From: Haplodiscus bocki
Taxonomy: Eukaryota
Direction of reading: 5' to 3'
NCBI GenBank assembly: GCA_965655095.1
Contig: OZ296649.1
Span: 94,674,001-94,738,000 of the forward strand
Length of the DNA stretch: 64,000 nucleotides
Below, one piece after another: positions 1-14,284 of the stretch. The position numbers and the translations under genes were made by a program. Every line of letters starts with the position of its first letter. Within the stretch, counting starts at the first letter, position 1. Below the pieces are notes generated by a model. That model saw nothing but the letters and a program-made list of their open reading frames with translations, ran no database searches and had not been told where the DNA came from.

Positions 1-2819
1 TGGAAGTCAGCTCAGAAATTTCAAAGTCCAAAAGAGGTCTGAATTCAATATTCAAACTTTCTGACAGTTGCCTTAACGTAGCCGGTTTTTCTTACACAGT
101 TTTGTAACTCTCTTCAAACGGGGGTTAGGTAGTCGGAGAAGCCAACATGGAAAATATAGTTTCGTTTATCCTGATCAACTCAGTCTACTCATGGACGTGA
201 AGAAACGGTCCCCATGGAAAAACTTTTTTTATGTGGGTTTGATAAAATATGGCCATTTGCTCAAAATAAAAGGAAACCAAACCTTCCATCATCCCAAGAC
301 GGTGGGCCAAACTCGGTTTTCTTGTGTTTGTATTTATTCTGATGAAAAAAGGAGTTCCTGGTGCGAAGAGCAAAACTACTTATTGTGGTACTGTAAAAAA
401 ATGCAAAACTTCAACGAGCGTCGTTAACTTTTTCCAGCGTCTAAAGCAATGTCTTCAGCTTCTTCACCATCTGTTGAGTCAATCATATGCTCTTCAACCT
501 CGTTAAGAATTGATTTTGAAGAGCACAAGTGTTTTTTGAACTCCGTTGTTTGAAGAGTCAATATTACCGCAAAGTAGTAAGAAACATTGATTTTTATTTT
601 GCGGGTAGAAATTATATTAGTTGTGTAGTCTATGCTAGATGTCAAACTTATTTGACATTTTTTTCGCCTACTTAGAAAACATGGTGAGAAAAAGCTTCCT
701 CTAAAACGTGGTGTCAACCAGATAGGTCTTTTGCAACTTGTTTTGGTAAACTCGCGTCATCGATTTTGTCAAGTTCGATGTGACTGATAAAATTTCTACG
801 TAGTCTAATGGGAGATTGTTGTGGTTCTTGATGAGTAGTTGCAATCGATGTCGGACATTGCTTTTGTTGTAGTGAGAAGTGTACTGCAGTAAAATGTTGA
901 CTAAATTGACAGTTTTCTTGAATCAGCTGAATTCCTCAGGGGTCGTTTCGATGATGACGATCCTGTGAACGTTATGACCTGCAATTTCCAAAAACTTCTC
1001 CCTAACAAAGTAAAAACTAGAACAGACATCATTGGCTGAAGTTTTTTCGAAAGGTGCAAAGACAATTGATGGATAGGGTAAGTAGTAGACTCTGAAGTTT
1101 CAACTGGTTTGGTGGAAGTTTAATGAATCTGTTCGATGAATATTTGTATTGGAATGCTGTTTGCCTCGAACATTGGTCAAAGTAACGTTCAGTAGTTGTG
1201 ATTAAAGCAGTTAAGGTTATTACGTTATTACAAGTAGAGAACTCTGGGACATCCGACTGTCCCAAAACGATGACATGGAAATAAGTTCTTTGCAACAAGT
1301 CGCACTGCTGTCCTTTCACAGAGGAAACGGCATTTTAACATCGAATTTTCAGACCCGTGAGGAACATGAACACAGAAAAGCGACCGTAAGTTCCAACATT
1401 CTAGTCCAGACCATAAAAAATTTCTTGTAACCCTACGAAAGTGTTTTCTTGCGTCTTGAGGATTAGATTTACCAAAAGAGGGCCGAGCTTACAGTGTGTC
1501 TTGGAAACTTGGCTGGTCGACCACTGTTTTTTGAAAATGAATAGAAAAATGTGTCTAAACTCCTCAAAGTCCAAAACGACCTTGTCGGAAATCAACATTC
1601 TAACTGCTTGAAACAAGTTGGATGCAAAAGTTTGAAGTTTTGAGTGAATATCAAAAGTAGATTTGTTGCGAGTGACATTATACAATTTGCTTGCAATTGT
1701 CCAGAAGAGAAATGTTGTTTTTGGAAGGCAAATTTACTGGTAGATCTAGTTTTTGTAAAACAACCAACTACTTTGACTTGCGATTTCTCTATTATTTGCT
1801 TTCGATAATCATCAATATCAACGAATGGGCGCTTTCTTACATAAACAAAACACTGGAAAAGAGTCTTCGTCTGTTTCATAAATTAATTTTTCCTCCGATG
1901 ACAGAAGATCGCTAATTACAATTTCTTCGATGGATGTCAGAATTCGTTTGAGCAAAGTTCAGGGAACCTCCAAGAAAACCCCAACTATCATAAATAGTGT
2001 AATAAGAGTTTCAAATCTTCGTGATTATAACTGAGGCAGACAGATTCCTGTTTCGATACACGTTGTTCGAGTCGCTGTAATGTCAGAGTAATGCAAGTTG
2101 AATTGAAAAGTTCCTCGTGATGTGATAAAATTCTCATTGCTTGATGTTGATAATAAACAAGCTAACATACTAGCAACCAGTTTTCATCATAGTGCTGCAT
2201 TCGGCCTTTGACAGCTAAGTAAGTGGCAGTAGTCAACTTGCTGAGTTGAGGTGATGATCAGTAGAACATTCCGCTGGCTTGTTTTCCGTGGTTCTGCGCC
2301 AAAAGGTGCGTGGCTTCTTGGGTTACAATAACCCACAGATAAAACTTAGAGATTTCATGAAACGGGCTGGAACGTGATTTTTTTAACATTCCTTCGGTAT
2401 TTGTATGCATAGTCTCATGTTTTCTGGAAATTATGCCATGATCTTTTCAGTAGAATTTTCGAGAACAGAAATGTTTTCAATTCTGAGCTTCGTTAATTGT
2501 TGGTGCAACATTTTACTGTTACTTTTCTCCCATGCATTGATACCCGACTGATAGATTACAATTTTCTGAGACAAATGTTATTTTCATCACATCTATATTG
2601 TAGATCTCTTCCGCCCCAATTTTTTGTGGAAATGCACGCACAGCTTTCAGCATCCACTGAATGAAAGCATGTTCCTGTGTTCGGCCAATAGCCGTTATAT
2701 TCTTGTGAGCATTCAGTGCCATTGTTAATTTTCGCCGCATATGTAATATGCTAGATAATTTATTCATTCAGTAGGGTCGTTTTTTTGCAGACCAAAATTG
2801 CGAACTCTTTATTCAACAA

Positions 2820-3405
2820 AAATGACAGCAGTGAGGTTAGGACAACAGGGTTCTCCAGTGGTAGGTTCGAGTCTCTCGTGTCAAATATTTTTACGATTTA
2901 TCCCTGACATTTTTCGATACCCGAAATTAATGAAACACTGAAGGATACCCTACGAAATTTTCAGCACTGAGACAAAAAATATTCGACAGAAAATTTTGGT
3001 ACTTCCTCCCTCCCCCCCCCCCCCCCCATTCTTATCCAAAACTTTTTTGCTACCGAAAATTTTCTGGAACACAGCACAGAAATGTTCCCCTACTAAGTTT
3101 TTCTGTACTGCGAGACAGAAAATTGTGACCTAACACTCTTGACCAGGAAATTTTTCGATACCCGAAATTAGTGACACTAAAGGGTTCCCCTGGGCGATGT
3201 TTCGGTACTGTCAGACAAACCAATTTCAACGGAAAATCGTGATACCCTTTTGCATAAAGTACAGAAATCAGTGGTGGAATTGATGCTTGTAAAAACTCTG
3301 AAAACTAAATTCAAAACAGTTTTGTTTTTAACCATTCGCAAAAGTTGATCAAAATATTCGTAGTTGGGCGAAAAATCTACCGCTGCTAGCCGGCCGTCTT
3401 GTTTT
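2820..3405. repeat. Interspersed repeat with internal degenerate subrepeats (SINE-like or non-autonomous element)
   Basis: Recurring motifs tttttcgatacccgaaatta, ggttcccctac/g and gtactg(t/c)gagaca; a B-box-like GGTTCGAGTC near 2863; non-coding. Confidence 0.5.
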
Positions 3406-6021
3406 TCAATTCATTGAGCTTTTTGGGCGTGATCTGGCAATGCAAAATGGCACAAAATCTTCCTTGCTGGGTACTTTTTCAGAACGAATTACAGAAATTT
3501 TTTGAGTGAAATTTGATTTTCAGAAAAATGATTGATCATCAAAGAAAAGTTTTGTAGGTATCCTTTCTAAAAATGACCGAAATTTCAAAACCAGCCAGTT
3601 CAACCTTCAAAGGAAGAATTTTCAAGAGAATAGCAGGAAAACCTTTTGTCAGATTGCAAAATGCCAGTAGTAGTCCACTTAAAATATCCTAATATCAATC
3701 CATTTTGCAAGTGACCTAAAGCTTCTTACGTGGCATCTAAGTGTTCAAGTATTTTCTTCAGGACCAAGTTTCACCGATCCCCTTCTATCTCGAAAGTTTA
3801 TTTACTATCGATCTCCTGCCGTCGAGATTATTCTGAATTCCACACGTCAGTAACTTAGTTCAACGCTTTGTTTCACAGTTCGTTTTATATGTCCCCACAG
3901 CGAGAATAAGAAACTTGTTTCTCTTTGCAAAACGGAGCAGGAACTGAATATCCATGGTTTCTGCACTGTGAAGCGTGCAGGTTGATGGGCCATGCTATGA
4001 AACAGTTAATCACGTTAGTCCAAAGCATATGCTCGGTTCTGTTTGCAATTTAGTCCAACAACTTTCAAGAAACGTGATCCAGAATTTAACAGTTTAGCTA
4101 AATGCTTTCGGAGGTACAAATTTTAATTTAGTTTGCAATCACAGCTTCAGTATTTGTTTCAAAACCACGCTTTGACGTTTCTTGATTCCAATCATAATAA
4201 TGTTTTTGAATCCCCACATTTCTTCCATCTGAATCTTTGAATTTCTCATAGAAAGCAAAATATTTGCCACTCTATGTTTAGGTATTGACCAGCTCCTTCA
4301 ATTAATTTTACGGGCCTGCTTTATTTGGGTACAACTAAAGCGGAAAAGTAAAAATATCAAAAATTGATTGATAAAAACTTTTCTATATTACCATTTTCTA
4401 GTCAACGAATGAGCACCACAGAGTGAAGATATGTTTCACAGCTTAATGTTGAATATGAGAGGTAGATTGAGTGCAAATATTTATCTAATATCATTTAAGC
4501 AGGTGTTTTATAAGCTTAAAGATGCAAACTGTAAAATAACTTCAGCAGCGAAACTATTTTCATAACAATTGTAGTTTTTCATTTAGGTGACTGAGAAACG
4601 GCTGCTTTCAAAATATTGATTTCCATTACTCAAAGGCGAATTTCGTGGAAATTTTAGATACCGGGGTAGTATTTGTGAAAACGAACGTGAAGAGCAACTT
4701 TCTCGGCTCAAGTTCGCAATATCCCGTCTCCGAATCTACGTAGTTCATAGCCCCCCCCCCCATCCGCTGCGCAGTCAATACTGAACATGAAATTGCAAGT
4801 CAGCCAATCAAACTTCAGCAGTTCACATGCTCGCGCATTTTGAACCAGACACCATAAAGTACCGTAGTGAGACAAATAATACTTCAAATACCAAACTTTA
4901 CTTGAGGCACGAGGTAAAATCCCGGAGAAAAGCGAGGGCGGGCATACTGCCAGCAATACGCGAGAAACGACGATGTGGAGGTACCGAAGGCACCCGTCCA
5001 GTATTGATCAGCATTTCACACTACCTAAATTATTTTATTATAACGGAAATCGTTTTGTAACGTAGTTCTTCATCTCGACCCCATTGCCATTTGGGGCAGA
5101 TTAAAAACTTGATCCATTTCTTCGGCCAGATTCACAAAGTTCAAATTTACAATTGCATCATTTCGTTTCATAATGAAGAGTTGTGAATTTCAAATAAATT
5201 CACTACAGTTTCGGTTCTATGGGCAGCTAGCGATGTCCAGTGTTTTCAATAAGATTTTGATGATGCAAAACCAGAAAACATGCACACACACACGTGTTAG
5301 AACAGTTCTCCCTTGAAGAGTATAGTATATTCATCTTTTGGCAAAGAACTGGAAGCAATCTCTGCAACACACAAAAAGCTATCAACTTGAAACTTTCACA
5401 AAGCGGCTCTTTGATTACATTTAGCTCCAGTATGAAGTTATATAGCAGAAAAAATATATAATATAAAGAACAAAATTCCAGCAGTTACTGAAAACAAAAC
5501 AGATTCCGCTGATTACTTCTTCGCCGAACTCCCTCATTCGGTTAAGTTATATTACTTTTGTCATGTCAACAAACTAAATAATCCCGAATCTGTTGTGGAA
5601 TCATATGGAGATGATGAAGTCTTTGTGATTCTGATTTTTGGTTTGTATAAATTTTGAGACAAGTTCTCATTTCTGACACAAACTATTGAACTATTTGTAT
5701 CTAGATTATCATATTTACAAAGTGGGAGGTTAAATCCACATCACAAAGTTCACATTTGGGCAAATTGGAACAGCAGTTTCCTTAAAAAGTAAGTCCTTTG
5801 TTTTCCAGGCAATGACCTTTATTAACAGTTCTCACACTGAACAAAGACAAGACGTCAGGTTTCTTAAATACCATTTTCATGCATGAAACTACCATATTCA
5901 TCAGATCGATTGGATTCGATGTCTCGACGCTATCTTGGATTTGATTGCCCGCCCATGACTTGTGTAGAGGGACGAAAAGGCCACACAAATAAGCAGACAT
6001 GAGGCGTGGTTCCATTTTATT

Positions 6022-6797
6022 CTAAGGTATTTCTATATAAAGAAATGATAACGAAGAGCCAACGGTTAGGCCTAGGGACAGAAAAAAAGTTAGCACTGTT
6101 CCAGCTTGTTCCAACAAGTCACCACGCTCTACATTGCGAGCACCATATATCATACATAAGGAAGCAAAATAACCATTAGTTAAGGCCAGTATCACATTAA
6201 AAGTTAATGTGTAGCCATCTGATTTGAAAGCTACATTGATTCCATGATGACGAGGTTGGTAGTTTGTGAACAAATATAGCACAGGAAAAGCCAATCTAGC
6301 AAAGCAACACATTACAATGGCGAATGTTTGCTTCGGTAATTTTATCAAGCCGGCCAATACTCGACCTGTCAGGTCAAATACATTAAAGATGAGGAAGCAC
6401 GAGATTGGGACCCAAAATGACCCCTTTTGTAATTCAATTGGATCTATTTGGCTGATGAAGTTGGGGAAAATGGCGAGTGTAACTCCAAAAATCAAAACCA
6501 GGGAAAAGCCGAGTGGTAATGTCTTTCTGAACACCAAAAGTGTTTCTTTGAAAACAGAGCCCTTTACGGCGTTCTCGCTGCGTGAATAGATGTGCTCACT
6601 TGTGACATTTGACATTGCATATTGATAGAACGGACTGCGAAGCATCAACAAATAGGCACCAAGTAAAACAAGGACAAAAAGCTCAGCTAAACAAAAATAG
6701 AGGATGGCACTGTCTTCTGAGTTGTGAGGAAAAACTGCGATACAGAAGATTTGAACGAGCGATGAGAAAACACCGGCTACAGCTTGCCCCGACATCG
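6022..6797 (-). CDS. SLC29A: ENT/SLC29 transporter, coding exon 4 (terminal)
   Basis: Acceptor tttcAG at 6798. Encodes MSGQAVAGVFSS, VTLAIFP, FLIFNVFDLTGR, LTNGYFASLCM and FFLSLGLTVGS, all ENT hallmark motifs. TAG stop at 6022-6024, followed by AATAAA. Confidence 0.95.
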
Positions 6798-6892
6798 CTG
6801 AAACATCATCAATATAATATCACTTTGCAACAGACTGGTCATACTTCAACGTAAATTGAACTATTCATTGAAGTTGAAAATGGTAAGCTAGC

Positions 6893-7132
6893 CTGCTTCG
6901 GTGTACTTAGGCGCCAAGACTGCAGCCACTCCCATTGAACCACTTTGAAGAGTTGCACTGAAGACATTCAACACCACCAGATTCAAAAGCGAGAACATGA
7001 AGAACGCAACTTGCCATGAGTCTGTGTCCACTTTTACTAATATTAGCGATGGCAAGAATGATATAATGATGCCAACCAGTGATCCAATCAGCCTCGTCGA
7101 ATTGCCAATATATCGTACTAAGAAGGTATTTC
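6893..7132 (-). CDS. SLC29A: ENT/SLC29 transporter, coding exon 3
   Basis: Acceptor atttttAG at 7133, in phase with exon 2. Encodes GNTFLVRYI...LVKVDTDSWQVAFF...ATLQSGSMGVAAVLAPKYTEA, typical ENT TM3-TM4. Its 3' boundary requires a GC donor at 6892. Confidence 0.88.
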
Positions 7133-8039
7133 CTAAAAATTTACGCCTTAGAAGTACATTGAACACTTCCCAAAATACATTATCTTCGATGCACGTAAAT
7201 GCATAATGCCAGCGAATGTAGTACATTTGACCTCGTAGAAGTGTTTAAAAAGAGATGACCTTTAAACACTACTCTGATAAAAATGAGTCAATCTAACCCA
7301 ATTTACTGAACTGACATTGAAACAGAACGAGCAGAGTGAAAAAATACTCAATATTGAAAATTAACAGGCATCAAAAATGTTACGCATTAAGCTCTAAGAA
7401 AAAAGCTAGTATAAAAAGAGGAAGTGATCTAACTTTATCTAAACTGGTTGCAAGTCCTTTTCCGTAGCCACTTGACCAACACACGTTCGTCCTTAAAATT
7501 TTGAAAACCAATTAATTAGTGCAAAATAGGCCCATTGATGGTGCGCGATTAACGAAGAATTTGAAAACGAAAGGGAATTTATGTAGAAGGAAAAAATCAT
7601 CGACATTGAAGTTTTCTTTCCAAACTTTCCAAAAATTCGAGAAAAATTGTAGAAACGTATGACTCTATCGTCTTTGAAGGAAGTTGTAGTATAGGAGGTG
7701 ATTTAGAAGATAGAAAACCAGAAAATCCCAAAAGATAAGTGGAAAACTAAACTTCTTGGTACTAAAACAGTCCCATCGTTGAAACATTGAGACAAATCTG
7801 CTAAACTGAAAAAAAAACATGAAATTTTGTATCGTTTTGGAATGAACTGGTTGCCAAAGTTGACCTAGACTTCTAGAGTGCAAATATCTAGATTATTCGA
7901 GAAAACAGCGACATTCAATTTACCTCAAGAGATTTAAAAAATTCGATAGAAATTTCAAAATTCCCAAAAGTTAACCAATTGCATTATCTCATGTTGGATT
8001 TGTAACTGAAAGTTAATTTGGAAGTCAGAAGAACAAAAA

Positions 8040-9200
8040 ATGGAAAATGCGATGAACAAAGCTGTTTTCTGGCTCACTATAACGAACCATAAGTTCCATT
8101 CTGGATGAAGTTTTCAAAAGTATGAACAAATCTTGCAAATATATCACCAGGAGCTCAGCCAGTTGGATACTCAGCCACGAACGTCATTTGAAAGCAGAAA
8201 AAAATGGAAAAAATCGCGAAATAAGCTATTTTTACGTACTCGATAACACAATAAATGACCTTTTCCACACAATAGAACCACTTCCATAAGAATTTTACCG
8301 AATATTTTCCCTTGCATCGTTCTGGTGCACTGAAAGCTAGAAAACTATACTAGAAAACGAAAAACAAGAGTCGAAAATTTAGCTATTTCTCTTCGACGTT
8401 AAGACAACGAAAAAAGTTAAAGAAGAATCTTTTTCAAGAGAGTTTGCTGCCTTTTTCTAGGTCTCCGCTCGAGTATCGTTGTATTTTGGAAAGTTTAGCA
8501 ATTTATTTACAAGATCAGAAAAAAATCAAAACTGAAAAACAAAAACAAATTGAGGAAAAAGTACACTGTCATTAATTTAGTCAAGACCTGCGAGATAAAA
8601 ATGACTATCAGAGTAAAGTACTACAAAATTGGGACAAAAAAGCTAGTAATTCGGGTTAAATTTTGCTAGCAATTATGCAAAAATTTGGAAAAGTCATCGT
8701 GTGAGGTTCAAAACAAATTCCTGACACTTTTGAAGTTGATATTCAGTCAATTGCAAAGGTGCACAGTCTTACAAAAGAGGATATAGCAACTGAGACTTTA
8801 ATCACTGGGTGAGGCAGATGTGTTCGGGACATAGTTCACTGGTCTGAAAAACAGAGCAGACCAAAGCGGATAGGATTTCGGTATATTTCGAAAATTTTTT
8901 ATTCCGTCCGTAGCGACGGACCCTACGCTCTATAGTCGCTCCTGCACTGTTGAAATTAAATTTTACTTCCAAAGTTCGCACGAATATTATTCTATATTGA
9001 CTGGAGAACACTAAAACTTGCAAAATTTTTCCATTTGCACTCTGACCGCTACTATGACACTCCGTACAGTCCCTTCTGTATTCGCATGTAGCTTTGCTGC
9101 GTTTGAAAGAAAAATATTTTCCAAAAGTAGCAAAAAAACTCCTTATTTTGGACGAAGTCTTAAAATCTCATAGGAAAAAGCGTCAAAACATCCTAGTAAC
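8040..9200. repeat. Intronic interspersed repeat, copy related to 12050-12545
   Basis: Shared segments: aagacaacgaaaaa, gggacatagtt..tggtc/agtcc, and ccttattt(t/c)ggacga(a/g)gtc..aaaat.tcata. Confidence 0.5.
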
Positions 9201-10059
9201 AAATTGACTATTCTCTAAAAATACCCTGATGCATTGATTTAAGGTAGATTTGTAATTAAAATTTCATTTGTAAGGTCAAAGAATGAAACTTCAAAGATAA
9301 TTCGATCAATTAGGCTGGGTGTTGGCTGCCTATAAAGCACAAAAGTATCATTCATGATGAAATTGTCATTAAAAAATTATTGCAAATTGCATGGCAGCTA
9401 TTGCATCGTAGCTAATTCAGTTGGACGCTTAGATGAAAAAAGGTCATTCGAAAGGCAGGACTAGAAAAATTTTGGGAAAATCGAGAAGTAGGCTATTCTT
9501 GCCGAACTGAAAACGACCAAACTGCCGGCCACCACCGGTAAATGGTTATGCCGTCTGACTCAGCCAAAAAGCTTTTCAGAAAGATGAAAGCATTTCTTTG
9601 AAAAAATACTATTTTCAGCAGATTTGGATAAACTTTCCAAATTTGATATTCTTCTGATTTCTGCAAAAAACTCAAATCAGATGGATAAACGACACTTCTA
9701 TGAAATACTATCATTTGATATGCAACTGTTGATTTGCCTCATTTTACTATTTTGGAAAAACTTTTTTGCGGAGAAACCCATTTACATTTTCATAAAAAAG
9801 ACAAATGTTGTACGTTTCGAAAACTCTTTATTTCAGTCGCACTCTACGGCAAATATGCCATGACTTGTTGATAAAAATTTTCAAGGGCAACCGCGTCACA
9901 GCGAATATTATCAGTTGGCAGGGCAGTGCAAAAAAAACGCACCGGTTTCAGTAGAGGACTTTCCTTCCATATCAAAAAATGGGGCGAAAAACGTTCAGTA
10001 GCGAAGAATTTAAGGGGACAGATTGGAGTTCTTCATCAAGTGAAAAGCATACAATCATT

Positions 10060-11590
10060 CCATTCTCCTGAGGCGTTTCTGCTTCATGTGATGCGTCTAC
10101 AGACTGGCGTGGATCTATTCGTTTTTTGCTGCAGTTTTGTACGGAAAATGTTGGTTTCTGTATGCTGGTGATTGGGATATCCATATGTGTAGCAAATGTT
10201 TGCAATAGTTAGCTTGGGCGATGTGTCCGTCGTTGCAAGATTCTTGTAATAGTGAATTGTTGAATCTGTTATAGTTTCTGCCATAATAGCTTCTATAACC
10301 GTTAAGTCTGCAGCGTCCAGAAGAAAAAAGGGTTCCACGTCCTCGAAAGTGTCGTGAGTTGTTGAATCTATTATTTCCTCTGTAGTAATGTCAGTCTGTT
10401 GCTATTTCAGTTCGTGTTGCTGTTATGTAAGTTTCGTAGGTGCTCCTACCAGATTTTCTGAAACCGTTGAGCTAACCTCGCTGAAGGCATCTCTCGACCA
10501 GTCGTCAGTTTGGCAAAATTCAAAAAAGACTACCCCTTTCGTCTAGCGACTGTTCATGACTCTTGTGCTGTTGCATTACCAATTTCGTCCCGCATTTTCC
10601 TTTTGATGAAATTTGGGATTGCGTTTGTGAAGATTTCCTTCATCTTCCAGTTTCTCTGATTCACCGCTTTATTGAGAACCACATGGTTAGCGGCCTGAGC
10701 TGCTGCAACACTGTAAATGAGCTTGATTGTTCGGTAGTTTGGCTGGTGGAACTGGGTCAAAAACTGGGTCAGGGCAAGCTTGTGTAGCCTTGATTTGCAC
10801 TTGTACCAAAAAGTCTGGGTTACCAGTTTTGTGGTCAACCTTCAGGTTCTGGAAATGCAATTTGTGTAGTTCTCTGAGGTTAAGACTACAGTAGTGGGTT
10901 CTGAGGCTGTATTAGATAGGTCAAAGTTGCCATTAGTTGATTGTGGTAACATTCTGAAGAATTGTAGGGGTTGATCAAGTAAATGGAGTTAAAAATGGAA
11001 GTGCGGTTGGTTCGCTGCCGCAATATTTCCAACATTTATCAAGCTTTTCAGTAACCTTTCAAAGTCTGGCCACGTTCCGTCCGATTTTCCACGAAACAGG
11101 TTGAATGTGATGTGTGGTTGAGGGTTTGCAGCTGCCATTCCGGTTCAGTTGTTGTCCTCACTTCCTTCCTGTCACCATGTAAAATCTTCATCGTATTTTT
11201 TTTCTTGAGATATCTCTTGTTTCAGTCAATTTCAGAGCGGGGCTTCAGTAAAAGAATTTTACAGAAAGACTGTGTTGATTAGTCGACTTTCCTATAGAAG
11301 TCCAAAGTTCTGTGTGTCAAATTGATCTCATCATTTTTTACTATTCCAATCTATTCAAGCGTGAATTATTGTTCAATTATTAAAAACCAATAGAGTTTTT
11401 TAAATTAAAAATAGCTCATGCAGAGATTAAAGAGGGCCGATTCCAAATTGTTCTTGAGGGTTTTTGATTGTTCCGGATATTACCATTTGCGTTCCGGGTG
11501 TGGGTCTTTCATAAATAAAGTCATTCATTAACAGCTCCAGTTTAGAGATCTAATTCTGGGTTAAAGGGGGTTTAACTATTTCATAATTAG
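10060..11590 (-). mobile_element. Decayed Ty3/gypsy LTR retrotransposon fragment (LTR end, PBS, gag) in ENT intron 2
   Basis: Minus strand reads ...TTTTACA|TGGTGACAGG (LTR end at 11178, then a TGG-initiated PBS-like sequence). ATG at 11138 starts MAAANPQPHITFNLFRGKSDGTWPDFERLLKSLINVGN...LHLLDQPLQFFRMLP, a gag-like sequence with stops and frameshifts. Outer boundaries are approximate. Confidence 0.65.
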
Positions 11591-12049
11591 CTCCAATTAA
11601 GATAATGCGCTCCAATATTCAAAGAAATTACATTACGCATTCTATTACGAACTTGCCACCTCCAACTGTTTTGAAAAAAATCAAGAAAATTTTCCGAAGA
11701 AACTCATCAATTCTTTCAAAAAACCGAGGTTTCGTACATTTTGAGAAATCTTACCATTTCACTCCTTCTGTACGGCAAACTTGCAACAATTTGGGGATTA
11801 AAAATTTTCATGGTCAGAACCGTCGAACACCGGACATTTTCAACATCGTCGGACATTTATCAAATGGTAAGTCAGCGTGAAAAGGCACCACTTAGTGTAG
11901 ATGATTTTCGTTTCCTTTACAAAGATCGGCAAAATAATTGACTTTTTACTCACAAAATAGCCGTTTTGACAATAATTTCACAGAATAGTTTCCATTGCAT
12001 CGGTTCCTATTGCAATTGTGGCTACAACGCCGATATAGAAAGCAAAACA

Positions 12050-12545
12050 CAGAAAAATACGCGAAAGTTGAAAATATGGCGATTTCGTTTCTACTTTAAG
12101 ACAACGAAAAACTTCAAAGATGAATCATTTTCAAGATATCTGACGCATTTCTCTTGGTTTGCGCTTGTGTATAGTATTACTTTCGACAGGTAGCGGAAAA
12201 TTTGATAGAATGGCAACAGTAGGAAAATTTTGGGAAAATCATAAAATTAGCTGCTTTTGGCTAACTTTAAAGTACTAAAGAGCAACTGAGGTTCAAAAAA
12301 TTGGATTATGCAGTGTATGGGACATAGTTTAGTAGTCCAGAAAAAACCGATCATTTTTTGATTTGCGCTTTCTCGCGGCAAGTACGATACTCGAGGTGGT
12401 CCCTCTTATACTCCCATTTTTTCAAATGTCGCAAAATTCCTTATTTCGGACGAGGTCACAAAATGTCATACAAACAGCGTTTAGAAAACAAAAACCGAGT
12501 TACGCTCCAAGTAGTTCGTAAAATTAAATTTTTCCGAAGTGTTTA
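12050..12545. repeat. Intronic interspersed repeat, copy related to 8040-9200
   Basis: Same shared segments as the 8040-9200 copy, in the same orientation. Confidence 0.5.
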
Positions 12546-12689
12546 AAGGTCGACGTTGTTCCGTAAGATCTTCCACCTTCATCTTTGATACTAATGAGAA
12601 AACAATTGCGATCCATGTAACACGAAACTCAAGCCAGAACGGTTAACTCGCATCTTTGCAACAAATCAGTACATTTCAGTCCCGAATGA

Positions 12690-13290
12690 ACTGAAGAGGA
12701 CATCACTGTCCCGTTCAAACTCAAGGAAAACCTGTACAAATTGCACGGTCACACTGGATACACGTTTCCCATCTTGACTTACGCTAGCCAAGCTTGGTAT
12801 CCTAATAAGCAAGCACATAGGATACTCGTAAATGTTCAGAAAAATGCGACTGCGACTAGATGGATTTACCACAGAGAGGAAAAACAGAAAAAGACTCAAA
12901 GTCCTCAGGCTCTTAGCTTTGCCGTTGTATATCGAATTACATGACATTTTGTATCTCCTCGATCTCAGCAAAGAAAGATATGATGTAAGCCTGACCAACT
13001 ATATTCAGACAGTGGCTTCTGAAAACACTAAGCAAAGTGCCAACCAAGACTAAATTCAAAATTCCAGAATCTGCTATCAAAAAGACTCACAAAAAATTCT
13101 TCAACAGGCAAGTGACGAATATAATCTGAGGGACGAAGATGATCCGAGAGACGAAACGAGTTCACTCGGACGCTAAAATTAGCAGTCACGACATTCTTTA
13201 ACAACGCGACAATTAGAGCCGAACGCGCGCAGACAAATGACAACATAATCATAATCCGATACAAGAAATACACTCGGCAGTAGTAGTAAG
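12690..13290 (+). mobile_element. 5'-truncated CR1/L2-group LINE fragment (RT C-terminus plus short (AGT)n tail)
   Basis: Frameshifted PILTYASQAWYP...VQKNATRWI...RLKVLRLLALPLYIELHDILYL, the standard C-terminal ORF2 region. Ends in cagtagtagtaag. Confidence 0.75.
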
Positions 13291-14033
13291 GGATCCTCCT
13301 GTCGTTTCATTAAGCAGGATCCTCAAATTTCTGAGGAAAGCCGGTCGTTTTCCTTGCGACTCTTGTGTTCTTATCAACATCCCGAAAAGGAGTGGAAATG
13401 ATAGGTACAACAAATTAACCTTTACTGGAAATACCTCATATCACAGGACAGCACCAACAACCCTCGTTCTTGTTTGTTTCTGTGGAACGTGCAAAACCCA
13501 GGTAAAACTGATAACGATAGAATCTTGCACGGCTACTAACCTTGTGGATAGAGGCCAACCCAACTATTGACCGACATTCTAAAGCGCTTCACTTCTACTA
13601 AATAGAAATGCTTCAGCAGCAAAATTTGAGGTAGGCTATGCTAAGTAGTGATTATCTCTAACTAAGCATAATCCCCGGAGAGATCAATTTTCACATCCGA
13701 GAGGTCTCAAAAAATAATCCTTGACTTTTAATCGCTCTGATATTCATGCTTTAGATCATTCTTCATTCACTCTGATTATCAACACGTGGCAAAAATTGCC
13801 AAGAAAAAGGTTAAAGCAAAAGACATTAGGCTTTCGCTTGATGCCTACAAAATGAATAACTAAATTATGAAGGCAATGTCCTGGTAAATTTGGTTAGTCA
13901 TGTCATCTTGATTAAAAGGAATGATGGTAACAACGACATATTATGAAGTCTAGTTTCGACAAGCCAATTTCATCAACACTCTATATATGGTTCAAATATT
14001 TAAAAAACTGGATGTCTGACAGCTTGCACTAAC

Positions 14034-14219
14034 CGAAAACCATTAACAGAATGGATACTGTCGAGCATGTTGCGAAATAACTCTCAAATTGGTTTTGTAA
14101 CTTTGTTTTGTCACCATCTGAATCTTGGGTGTCGTTCGAGTTGACATCCCTTAGTTTGTAATTGAAGTAGTCTGATGCATTAATGAACATATTATAAGGA
14201 AGCAAACTCCCCATCCCCA
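14034..14219 (-). CDS. SLC29A: ENT/SLC29 transporter, coding exon 2
   Basis: Acceptor ...ttgttatAG at 14220. Encodes LGMGSLLPYNMFINASDYF (ENT TM1 motif GxGxLLPWNxFI) through FESYFATCS. Donor GTTAGT at 14033. Confidence 0.92.
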
Positions 14220-14284
14220 CTATAACAAACAACATTAGAGCTCATGAAAAATGGATAGTTCATATCGATGTCCAAAAAACTTAC

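Noticed and set aside
2830-2885. Possible tRNA gene (GGTTCGAGTC)
   Set aside because: I could not fold a convincing cloverleaf. At most a B-box-like remnant within a repeat.
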